Of a stretch of 64,000 nt of DNA, positions 13,585-23,801 are shown piece by piece. A program made the translations under genes and the position numbers. The notes under the pieces are model-generated. The model did not search any database. It was not told where the DNA came from and worked only from the letters and a program-made list of their open reading frames with translations. Positions within the stretch are counted from its first letter, which is position 1. Each line of letters begins with the position of its first letter. The DNA is from Octopus vulgaris (taxonomy: Eukaryota): positions 8,990,001 to 9,054,000 of the forward strand of contig OX597831.1 in assembly GCA_951406725.2 (NCBI GenBank). The letters are read 5' to 3'.

Positions 13585-16018
13585 ATCTACTAGAATACAA
13601 AGCAAAGTAACAAATGAGGCATCTTGACGTTAAAGATTTATCGACAAAATAAATATAAGACATGAGTGAAAAGGTCAACCATCTTTCAAAGATAGACATG
13701 CGAACGAGAAGTCATCCATTAGTGATAAATTTGATTGTCTAACGTCGTTGCGTACTTGATTAAATGTCTAAATGTCTGAGATAGGTTATTTTTAGGAAGA
13801 TTTTACTTGATCGGACTATTACTTTGGTCTTTAGCAGACATGAAACAGTTTCCTGTAATTTCATCTCCATTTGCCGTTGATTGTGTGAATTACTACTTGT
13901 CATCGTATACCTCGTCCGTAAAGGTCAGGGACATTCTCTGTAGGCAGGCAAAGACTGGAAAGAACACGATTACAAAACAACAATTGGTTATAAATTATCA
14001 AAAAAATGTCTTCATAAAATTCGAAGAATACTTCAGTAAGTGTCTAATATCTACATGTTACACATGAACGATTCCTACTGGCATTTAAGCCTTTCTCTAT
14101 TTTCCCTTCAGCCTGACTAGGTTTCCTTAAATTGATTGAAACCGGTAGCTGCATAGTTAGAAATGTAAGTACTGTCCTTCTGTTTTCCATGATAAGCTTC
14201 TCTAAGTATTTTCTTATTTTTCAATGTATGACGATATGAAACGATGCGACATGAATTGAGTTCTAGAAACGTATAAACTAAATTGTCATAAACTGAATAC
14301 GATTTCTGCCTTTTGTTCAATGTTATTGAATGTGAAGTGAGTGAATGTGCATCAGATTACTCCCACCTTGTAAATGGGTTGAACGTTTCAAGCCATACTT
14401 TAGTCTATTGGCGTATAAAATAACAAAATAGCTACACTCACACACACACATATACACACGTATATACGTATGTGTGTATGCGTACATACATATGTATACA
14501 CAATCCTTGCCCCCACCGTATGTAATTGAAAATGGTGAAGCAGAAATGAAACGGATTCAGATCGCGTGAAAACCATTTCTAGAATATGAATCAGAGTAAC
14601 AAGAATAACGGTAATTTCTGTGTTCCAGATGTTCCACTCAAGTATGTGGAACTGAAACAGAGATGGACAAAATTATTATGAAATATCTTTTCAGTTGTAA
14701 GTGTCCCGAAAAGTTTTAGGGTAGCATGCGCACGAGTAATGACATGGTACAAAGAATGGTTAAAAGTCAAATTATAAAAAGATAAATGCGCGATATCAAA
14801 GAATATCTTTAATGGTTTGAGCTGGGAACATTGCTGTGGTTATGGCCATTGATGGGTTTTTGAGATTAGTGAGACAGACGGGATTAACATTTAAAATGAG
14901 CGTTACGCAAACAAATTTTGCAGGGAATTCCTGTGCAATAAAGGGATTCTGTTGGGACAACGTTCTGTAGAAGGCTTCTAACATAGCAAGATCGGGGAGG
15001 GAAGAGGACGTGTCATGAATGGTGCGATGAGGAGAGATCAATGTAGTGGACACGAAACCAACCAGTTTGGAGTTTTAGTGGCTACAACCATGGCGCTAAG
15101 ATATGCAGAGCTACGAGACAGATCACCTGAATCAGAATTTGGTGTGTTTTAATGAGTGGGTGTATAAGAATTAATCAGTTGGCCTGTATTTTTAAAGAGG
15201 TCTTGGATGTCTATGCATGTAGTTTCAACAGCCTCACAGATGTGGGGGGCAATGCCCCTTCGTAGGCCTTTCATAGATCTGTTGTAGCTTGAGATGTTTC
15301 TGGCTCTGGATAGGAAACCCAGTTTATAATACAGAGTTTGCTAAGTTGAGATTACATTTACGCCATAAGATAGCATCAGTTATGGAGAGGCTTATCATCT
15401 GAAGCGGCCTTACGAGTCCTAGAGCTGACCTGCTCGTCTTTATTATTAATGCCTTCTCAATTCGTATAATGATCATGAAACCACTAAGACTGTTATAGCT
15501 CCGTTTGAGGACACTTTCGAATTCCCCGTGTATTCATGGCCGATTTGATGTGAGGCGTCTATGTTGCCGCAGTATGACGCTTAGTTGTTGTGTAAGACAA
15601 GAGATCCTCTGCCGCTGGGAAGAACATCTTAAAATGTTTCGATGTTACTGGTGATTTCAGATGGTTGCAAATATTGGATAATAAGTAAATATCACATTAG
15701 TTGTTTTACGGGGAGAGAAAATGTGATATACGTTTGAAAATCTGTATTTCATTATGGTTGACAATGGTGTCGGATTTAAAATGATGGCGTCTTTTCATAT
15801 AAACAACAATTTCAAAGGAAGGTAAATAATTGCTGTCATATTTTTAAAGATTCGTGACAACTTGAGGAATTATCTTCAATAAACAACACATGGTCGTTTT
15901 TAGAAATTTTATAAATGGAAATGAAAGTTTCAAAGACGTAGAATTATTAGTATGATATTTAAAGTTGTGGTAGAAAAAAAAAAGATAAAGGAAAAAGAAG
16001 GAAAACATATGTAGAAGG

Positions 16019-16151
<133 letters not shown>

Positions 16152-16735
16152 GAAATCATGGTTGTGTTAAAATTCAGACTCACTAACACTCGAAGGTATT
16201 ATGGAATGGATCATGGTTCTGAAATCAGAATGCAGAATGGCAACAGAAGAAAGAAAAGTAAATGGACTTTCAGTTAGCCTCAAATCCATCCATCCATCCA
16301 TTTATCTGTGCATCAATTATCATATATATATAAAATATATATATAAAAATGTGTGTATATTTATATATGCGTACATTTGTGTTCGTATACATATGTTTAT
16401 TACATACGTACGAACGCAAACGTACACATAGCACTCCCATTTGAAACCTTGTTTGTATGAACACAGTCTCGATTTTACTCCAACAGAACTGTCGTATATT
16501 TATGTCGCTGGAAATAAAGTTCGATTAAAGTATTGTGTTTTAAAAGCAAATATCTGTTTGAAGTCTAAATTATGATCTAATAAAAGCAACGTAAAACTTA
16601 TTTATGGCGTGTTAAGTCTCAGATTTAATCACACACTCTGCGTACAGCCATACTTTAGCTTTCCCTAATGAATATATACATACGTATATATATATACGTA
16701 TATATATACGTATATAAGTATATATATATATATAA

Positions 16736-16775
<40 letters not shown>

Positions 16776-16795
16776 TTATATATATAGATATATAT

Positions 16796-16828
<33 letters not shown>

Positions 16829-16964
16829 GTATGTATATATATATATACATATATGTGTGTGTGTGTTTGTGTGTATGCATATTTTGGTAATTATTATGTA
16901 TGCACACATACACATACATATATGTGTATAAATATATTTATACGTGTGTGTGTGTATGTGTGAA

Positions 16965-17246
16965 AGTGGGTGGCAGAGTGATGACGGTTTTGCACTCATC
17001 ATCGCTAGATCGTGAATTCCATTTCCGAACCGGGCAGGTTCGTTGCGTTCTTGTGCAAAACAACCACTTTTTTGCCCCAGGTGTCTCAGTTCACTCAATT
17101 GCAAATGGTTAACCTTACAACAGACTGTCTTTCTGATCAGCGGTAATGTTGGTCTCCCCGCCCAGACAGCGGTGTGGAATCATCCGAAAGCTAAAACGAG
17201 TCAGGCGCATAGCGACCATCTATAGTCTGGTCGATCACGTGATATA
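16965..17246 (+). mobile_element. Diverged SINE with family-C-like head and type-1 tail
   Basis: Tail gaaagctaaaacgagtcaggcgcatagcgacca...gtctggtcgatcacgtgatata matches 49358-49443. Confidence 0.65.
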
Positions 17247-17252
17247 CGCACG

Positions 17253-17291
<39 letters not shown>

Positions 17292-17298
17292 ATATATA

Positions 17299-17713
17299 TT
17301 ACTCTTTTTACTCTTTTACTTGTTTCAGTCATTTGACTGCGGCCATGCTGGAGCACCGTCTTTAGTCGAGCAAATCAACCCCGGGACTTATTCTTTGTAA
17401 GCCCAGTACTTATTCTATCGGTCTCTTTGGCCGAACTGCTAAGTGACGGGGACGTAAACACACCAGCATCGGTTGTCAAGCAATGCTAGGGGGACAAACA
17501 CAGACACACAAACATATAAAGACACTTATGTATATATATATACATATATACGACAGGCTTCTTTCAGTTTCCGTCTACCAAATCCACTCACAAGGCATTG
17601 GTCGGCCCGGGGCTATAGCAGAAGACACTTGCTCAAGATGCCACGCAGTGGGACTGAACCCGGAACCATGTGGTTGGTTAGCAAGCTACTTACCACACAG
17701 CCACTCCTGCGCC
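17299..17713 (-). mobile_element. SINE family A (full length)
   Basis: tRNA-like head, cttgagcaagtgtcttc core, LINE-like tail cagcatggccgcagtcaaatgactgaaacaag followed by (gtaaaaga)n. Confidence 0.92.
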
Positions 17714-17742
17714 TATGTATTATATATATATATATATATACG

Positions 17743-17799
<57 letters not shown>

Positions 17800-18238
17800 G
17801 TGAGAAAAGGAAGCACATTCTAAAGAAGAGTCATTAAGTATTGAAAGTTAAAAGTTCTGGTCATAGATTGACCAATGCTTTCGTACTCACGAAAGCTATA
17901 GCCTTGTGGACAACTCATATGACATGCACACCCATACGCACGCGCACACACACACATATATTTATACATACATACGTATATATATATAGACAGATAAATA
18001 CATCTATATATATTCGGCGCATATATTTATATATGTATGTGTAGATATGTGTGTATGTGGATATATACATACATATATATATATGTTTGCATATATATAT
18101 ATAATATGCATATGGATATATACATATATATTTATATATGTTTATATTATGATTGATTGATTGATTGATTCTAGTTTCAGCTTATGAGCTGTGGCCATGC
18201 TGGGGCACCGCCATTTGGTGTTGCTGCTTGGTTTCACT

Positions 18239-21235
18239 TCATGGAGGCTTTCTAGCAACTGCTATTTGGTGCATGAGAGAGTTCGATGCAGCTGCCCTCA
18301 TCTGCCCCTCCTGCCGTGAAGTTGGTTCATCTGGGACACCTGACAGGAAGAGATCCAGCTTCATTTTAAAGACATCTGTATCCACCCCATGCAGGTCTCT
18401 CAGGTTCTTCGGGAGGATATTGAAGAGCTGTGGGCCTCGGAAGCCCAGGCTATCACAGTATCTTGTCCTACATCTTGATGGCAGGTTTGGAGTCCTAGGC
18501 ACCACGCAGTGGCGCCCAGTTCTGGCATTTGCGTAACTCTCGATGCCAAAGTTCAGGACACTTCCCTCCAGGATCTTCCAGATGTATATTATGGCATATC
18601 TTTCCCGCCTACGCTCCAGGGAATATAATTTTAATCTCTTGAGTCTTTCCCAGTAGCTTACATTCTGCATAGAGGCTATCTTCTTTGTGTAGCTTCGTTG
18701 GATCGCCTCAAGTTCTGTGATCAACTTGACACTGGATGGTGACCATAGCTGAGAGCAATAGTCAAAGTGGCTTAGGACAAGTGTCTTCCAGAGGACCATC
18801 ATGGTTTCTTGTTCTCTTGTTCTAAAGGTTCTAAGAATCCATCCAGCCAGCCGTCTACATTTCATTGTCAGTTTAGCAACATGTACATGAAAGGTCGCGT
18901 CATCACTCATGTGAATACCCAGGTCACGCACTGATTGTGCCTCTGGGATTGCAATCCCTCCGGGTCCAGTGTATTCATTGGGTATTGCATTCAGTTTTGC
19001 ATGCTGATAGTATAAAGCTTGAAACTTTCCAGCATTGAACTGCATGCTATTCTTTTCAGCCCACTTGTATATTTCGTCCAGCTCACATTGCAGGTGTTTA
19101 GTGTCCTCAGGGTTCTGTATTGCCTGTGAAACTTTTGTATCATCTGCATAACTTGTGATCGTGGCTCTCTGCGTGGCTGAGGGCATGTCTGAGAGGGCCA
19201 TTATGAACAGTAGTGGTCCCAGAACAGTGCCCTGCGGAACACCGCTCACTATTTGTGTGTTAATGGAGGTGGCCCCATTGGCTACTACCACCTGACTTCT
19301 ATCCTTCAGAAAGTCATGAAGCCATTCTCCAAGTTTTCCAACTATGTTGAGATCACGCAGTTTGTGACATATCATTCCATGATCGACTTTATCAAAGGCC
19401 TTTGCAAAGTCGAGATATATCACTTCCACATTTGAGTGGTTGAGCAGCCGTTTCAGCACCCAGTCATAGTGTTGTAGGAGCTGAGTTAAACAGCTTCTCC
19501 CTGGTCGGAAACCATGTTGGGTGTCGGGCAGCAAGTCATTCTCTTCAAGGAAGGTGATCAGCTTCCTTCTGACTATTCGTTCCATGACCTTGCTGATGTG
19601 TGAGGTCAGAGAGATAGGTCTATAGTTCTTGGCTTCCGCTCTGCTACCTCTTTTATGAATGGGGCATATTTTACCTTCCTTCAGTTTTCCTGGAAGTTTG
19701 CCAGCTGCAAGGAAGCTCTGAAAGAGGAACTGCAGTGGTCTTGCTAGGACTCTCTTACATGCTTTTAGGAGGATTGCCGGGAATCCATCGGGGCCAGTAG
19801 CTGAGTCTGTTTTCATTTCATCTATAGCCTTGGTTACATCGTCTTCATTTATATCGATGTAATCTATCGTCGCCGCCTCTGATTTTATATCTGCAGTGGT
19901 AAAAAAGTCAGTTGGATTGGTGATTTGGAGATGCCCAAGGGGTGGAGTGAAAACACTCTTGAATTGCTCATTCAGTATTTCACTTACCCTCATTGGTTTT
20001 CCTGTAAGTGTGCCATCCTTTTCGAGGAGTGGCCCTATTCTACAGTGCACTGTAGCTGTTTCTTTGGCATACCTGTAGAAAGCTCTGGGGTTAGATTTTA
20101 TGTTTTCTATAGCCCAGGCTTCTTTGTCTGCTCTTTCTTTTTCATGGGAGAGTTGCAGACATTTTTCGATTTCCAACAGTTTTATTTTTAGGCGGGACTT
20201 TTCACTGCTTTCAATCTGTTTGTTTAGGCGATTTGAAAATTTCGTACGCCGTCTCATTAAAATTTTCCTCTCTCTGGGGATTTTGTTCTTGTGTACAGTG
20301 GCCTTTCTCTCTGGGACACATTTGTAGCATATGGCTTGCATTACAGACATGAATTGTTGAAGTTTCACGTCGATGTCTGGCGAGGAGAGACATTCAGGCC
20401 AGTTTTGTTTGAGGATCTCTTTCTCAATTTGTTTCCAGTTTGCCTTATGGTAGTTCAAGCTGGAAAGATTTTGAGGGTTTCTTGTAGGCTGCATGTCCGT
20501 GCTCTCTTTTGGCCCGTACATGGTCAGCTCTACCATGTTGTGATCCGAGAGTAGTGTCGGTGTCACTTTCACATTATGGATGAGATCCATGTCATTTGTG
20601 AAGCAGAGATCCAGTGTGTTACCTGCCCTGGTTGGTTGGAGTATTACCTGCTCCATGTACAGGGTGTTGATGAGGTTCAGGAGGGACCTCGCCTGTCCTC
20701 GTTCACATCTTGTCATTCCTGGGAGAAAAAGGCCCTCGGGCCATCTGACATTGGGCAGATTGAAGTCTCCCATAAGAAGCACACCTATGTGTTGTTCTAA
20801 TGTGGTTAGAATTTCTTCTATTTTTATAAGGCAGTCTTCGAACTTGCCCACATGGCTTGGGGCATCTGGAGGGCGATATGTAGCACACACAACTACATCA
20901 AGTTGCCTAATATGTACAATTAGTGTGTCACACACCGAGTTTGAGTATGACAAGAGGACCTGGGGTGTGAGGTCCTCACGGATGTACATAGCAACACCTC
21001 CATGACTCCTTTCTTTCCTGTCGGTTCGTAGTACAGCATACTGTGGTATGTGTAACTCCGCATCTGCTATGTCCGGTTTCAGGTGCGTTTCTGTAAGTGC
21101 TATGCATAAGGCTTGATTGCATGCAACAAAGTCTCTCAGGAACGGGATCTTTGTCCTGTTACTGAGTGTTTGCAGTCCTCTGATGTTCAGTAGGAGTATC
21201 GAGGTGAGGTGTACGTTGTTGCCGGCGGTGTCCAT
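18239..21235 (-). CDS. LINE ORF2: AP-endonuclease + reverse transcriptase, uninterrupted (~998 aa from first ATG; frame open to ~21358)
   Basis: APE motifs LLNIRGL, ALTETHL, GGVAMY, YRPP, GDFNLP, TLDLCF, LSDH. RT motifs NYRPISLTS, QHGFRPGRSC, YLDFAKAFDKVDH, GVPQGTVLGPLLF, YADD. CR1/L2-like C-terminus LYSLERRRERY...FKMKLDLFL. The track start at 21343 is a GTG; the first ATG is at 21235. Confidence 0.96.
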   Translation of the reverse strand: MDTAGNNVHLTSILLLNIRGLQTLSNRTKIPFLRDFVACNQALCIALTETHLKPDIADAELHIPQYAVLRTDRKERSHGGVAMYIREDLTPQVLLSYSNSVCDTLIVHIRQLDVVVCATYRPPDAPSHVGKFEDCLIKIEEILTTLEQHIGVLLMGDFNLPNVRWPEGLFLPGMTRCERGQARSLLNLINTLYMEQVILQPTRAGNTLDLCFTNDMDLIHNVKVTPTLLSDHNMVELTMYGPKESTDMQPTRNPQNLSSLNYHKANWKQIEKEILKQNWPECLSSPDIDVKLQQFMSVMQAICYKCVPERKATVHKNKIPRERKILMRRRTKFSNRLNKQIESSEKSRLKIKLLEIEKCLQLSHEKERADKEAWAIENIKSNPRAFYRYAKETATVHCRIGPLLEKDGTLTGKPMRVSEILNEQFKSVFTPPLGHLQITNPTDFFTTADIKSEAATIDYIDINEDDVTKAIDEMKTDSATGPDGFPAILLKACKRVLARPLQFLFQSFLAAGKLPGKLKEGKICPIHKRGSRAEAKNYRPISLTSHISKVMERIVRRKLITFLEENDLLPDTQHGFRPGRSCLTQLLQHYDWVLKRLLNHSNVEVIYLDFAKAFDKVDHGMICHKLRDLNIVGKLGEWLHDFLKDRSQVVVANGATSINTQIVSGVPQGTVLGPLLFIMALSDMPSATQRATITSYADDTKVSQAIQNPEDTKHLQCELDEIYKWAEKNSMQFNAGKFQALYYQHAKLNAIPNEYTGPGGIAIPEAQSVRDLGIHMSDDATFHVHVAKLTMKCRRLAGWILRTFRTREQETMMVLWKTLVLSHFDYCSQLWSPSSVKLITELEAIQRSYTKKIASMQNVSYWERLKRLKLYSLERRRERYAIIYIWKILEGSVLNFGIESYANARTGRHCVVPRTPNLPSRCRTRYCDSLGFRGPQLFNILPKNLRDLHGVDTDVFKMKLDLFLSGVPDEPTSRQEGQMRAAASNSLMHQIAVARKPP

Positions 21236-22098
21236 CCTGTTTCTGTTTGCTGTGGTGGTCTGGTATATAGTGGGTAGTCCCACCTGCGGGCTTGGGTTTG
21301 ATGAAGCCAGGTCAGCTGCTGTACAATCTTTTGTGCCATGCACAAAAAAGATTGTTGCTCAGCAACTGCTCTTTCGACAACATCATGTTGGCTGTTTGTG
21401 GCGCGCACAACATCTGCGTACCTCCGCTTTGGGGCAGGTGGTGCGTGGTCCATCCCTTTTTTTTGTGTTGATGGTTTGTCCATCTGCCTCGTGTCTCTGT
21501 GGCAGGGTCCCCGATGTGCAAAGCGGCAGCCTGCACCTTCCTTTCCATGCCAGCAGGAACCTCTCAGGTAGAACATACACACCCGTGTGCGCTGTTTGGT
21601 TCCATCCTTTGCGGATCCACTTCTATTTCTGGTTGTTTCACTCTTTGGTCCTGCTTGAGCTTTTTCTTTTCCTTTAGCTCTTCCAGTCCTTCTTTTAGTT
21701 CTACTTCCTCCCTCTACCTCTTCACCGGGTTCTCCGTCTCCATGGCCCTTGCTGCCGGTTGGAGAACTTGCACCTGGGTTCACTTCCCGGGCAGGTTTCT
21801 CATTCAAAACCTCCTCCCGGGCGTCCACCAGGTGGGGGTGACTTCTTTCATCGTTTCCATTCTTGCCATCTTTGCTCCGCTCGTTCTCAAAGATGGCATC
21901 AAGTGCGCCAATGTGCGACCGTACAAGCGCATATGAGCGCACGAATTCCTGTCTCTTTCGCTCCATCTGAGCCGCTGTCCTCTTGTAGCCTCTGCTCTTC
22001 AGCGCAGCCGCAATCACCTCCCTAGGGCTATCTCCGCCGGCGCACTCCCATGCTCGTACGAATAAATCCAGCTCGTCACGTCTCCATGCTCTGGACAT
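21187..22098 (-). CDS. LINE ORF1 (303 aa): N-terminal Myb/SANT-like (trihelix) domain, basic disordered linker, CCCH zinc finger
   Basis: N-terminus WRRDELDLFVRAW...IAAALKSRGYKRTAAQMERKRQEFVRSY resembles Myb/SANT-like DNA-binding domains (W..E...L...W...IA..L...GY.RT..Q...K...L...Y). CMFYLRGSCWHGKEGAGCRFAH = C-x7-C-x8-C-x3-H. Lies directly upstream of and overlaps ORF2. Confidence 0.85.
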   Translation of the reverse strand: MSRAWRRDELDLFVRAWECAGGDSPREVIAAALKSRGYKRTAAQMERKRQEFVRSYALVRSHIGALDAIFENERSKDGKNGNDERSHPHLVDAREEVLNEKPAREVNPGASSPTGSKGHGDGEPGEEVEGGSRTKRRTGRAKGKEKAQAGPKSETTRNRSGSAKDGTKQRTRVCMFYLRGSCWHGKEGAGCRFAHRGPCHRDTRQMDKPSTQKKGMDHAPPAPKRRYADVVRATNSQHDVVERAVAEQQSFLCMAQKIVQQLTWLHQTQARRWDYPLYTRPPQQTETGWTPPATTYTSPRYSY

Positions 22099-22149
22099 GC
22101 TGGATAATCCGTCTATCCGTTTATCTATCTAATTATGTTCGAGAGAAGA

Positions 22150-23310
22150 CAGGAAGATATTAAGGCTAATTAGAAGATAGAGTACTTGAAAAAGAAATAG
22201 TAACAATATTAAAGTTTGTGTAAAAACGTTATTTGGGTAAAAACGTTATTTAATCTTAAGGCTAATTAGGGGATAGAGTATCTGAAAATGTATTAGCAAT
22301 ATTAATATTATATTAGAGTGTGGATAAAAACGTTGTTTAATCTTAAGGCTAATTAGGAGATAGAGTATCTGAAAATATATTAGCAATATTAATATTATAT
22401 TAGAGTGTGGGTAAAAAAACGTTATTTAATCTTAAGGCTAATTTGGAGATAGAGTATCTGAAAATATATTAGCAATATTAATATTATATTAGAGTGTGGG
22501 TAATATTAAACGTTATTTAATTTAATCTTAAGGCTAATTAGAAGACGGAGTATCTGAAAAATTATATATACAATATTAAGCAATATTAACCGTTATTTAA
22601 TTTAATCTTAAGGCTAATTAGACGTTATTAATATTAAACGTTATTTAATTTAATCTTAAGGCTAATTAGAAGATAGAGTATCTGAAAATATATTAGCAAT
22701 ATTAATATTATATTAGAGTGTGGATAAAAACGTTATTTAATCTTAAGGCTAATCAGGAGATAGAGTATCTGAAAATATATTAGCAATGTTAATATTATAT
22801 TAGAGTGTGGGTAATATTAAACGTTATTTAATTTAATCTTAAGGCTAATTAGAAGATAGAGTATCTGAAGAATTATTAACAATATTAAAACAATATTAAA
22901 CGTTATTTAATTTAATCTTAAGGCTAATTAACAGTAATTATTAACAATATTAAACAATGTTAAACGTTATTTAATTTAATCCTAAGGCTAATTAACAATA
23001 ATTATTAACAATATTAAACGTTATTTAATTTAATCCTAAGGCTAATTAGACGTTTTTAATATTAAACGTTATTTAATTTAATCTTAAGGCTAATTAGAAG
23101 ATAGAGTATCTGAAAAATTATTAACAATATTAAAACAATATTAAACGTTATTTAATTTAATCTTAAGGCTAATTAACAATAATTATTAACAATATTAAAC
23201 AATATTAAACGTTATTTAATTTAATCCTAAGGCTAATTTGACGGTATCAATATTAAACGTTATTTAATTTAATCTTAAGGCTAATTAGAAGATAGAGTAT
23301 CTGGAAAATT
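22150..23310 (-). repeat. Modular AT-rich tandem array in the LINE 5' region (16 copies of a conserved core, units ~48-96 bp)
   Basis: Core (a)acgttatttaa(tttaa)tcYtaaggctaat recurs 16 times (the first copy is partial), with optional modules agatagagtatctgaaaa, tattagagtgtgg and aacaatatt. Confidence 0.92.
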
Positions 23311-23540
23311 ATTATATCGAGAACAGATATTGAAAATGTAAACAAACAAAATGACGATCGCAACTTTAACTAAGATGTGGGCCTAAGTGAAAGATAAAAT
23401 AGAATAATAAATAAAATATGTAATAGATGAAATTGATACTTAATCCAACAATGTGGTCTGGATTATTTTTTTTGGTTTACGGGATTTTTTTTCAGGAGAG
23501 ATGCTTCTTTTTTCTTTCTTGCAGGAGATAACTTGATTCA

Positions 23541-23682
23541 GTTCTAAATGCTCCGAAATCATCCGAACACCTGAATTTATCCAGCAAGCTCAACTGACCA
23601 CTGACTACAATCGCAGAAAGTCCATGAGTTCAATTGCAAAAGATTTCCAAGTGTCAAAAGGAACAGTTGTCCTCGAAGACAT
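23541..23682 (+). repeat. Inverted duplicate of 24502-24643 (DD37D transposase segment)
   Basis: gttctaaatgctccgaaatcatccgaacacc...cgaagacat is the reverse complement of 24502-24643. Confidence 0.92.
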
Positions 23683-23801
23683 TATGTTATATAATTATGT
23701 TATATAATATATATAGACATTATGTTATATAATATATATAGACATTATGTTATATAATATATATATATATGTGTGTGTGTGGGTGGGTGGGTGGGTGGGT
23801 G

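Larger units (their letters stand above)
18151..23540 (-). mobile_element. Near full-length non-LTR retrotransposon (LINE, CR1/L2 group of the Jockey superclade)
   Basis: Two open overlapping ORFs (ORF1 22098-21187, ORF2 APE-RT ending 18239). Short 3' UTR ends in an (AATC)n tail (plus strand gattgattgattg at ~18151-18170). 5' tandem array at 22150-23310. The 5' boundary is uncertain (23310-23540) and no clear TSD was found. Confidence 0.93.

Noticed and set aside
14560-15700. Possible very old Penelope RT remnants (also 24700-25150, 29120-29490, 34100-34430)
   Set aside because: Only faint motif resemblance; a profile search is needed to support it.
17870-17897. Hairpin gctttcgt-actc-acgaaagc resembling half a hammerhead
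   Set aside because: No CUGANGA box nearby.
22150-23310. CRISPR-like array next to a reverse transcriptase
   Set aside because: The inter-core segments are re-used modules and not unique spacers; no cas genes; eukaryotic LINE context.
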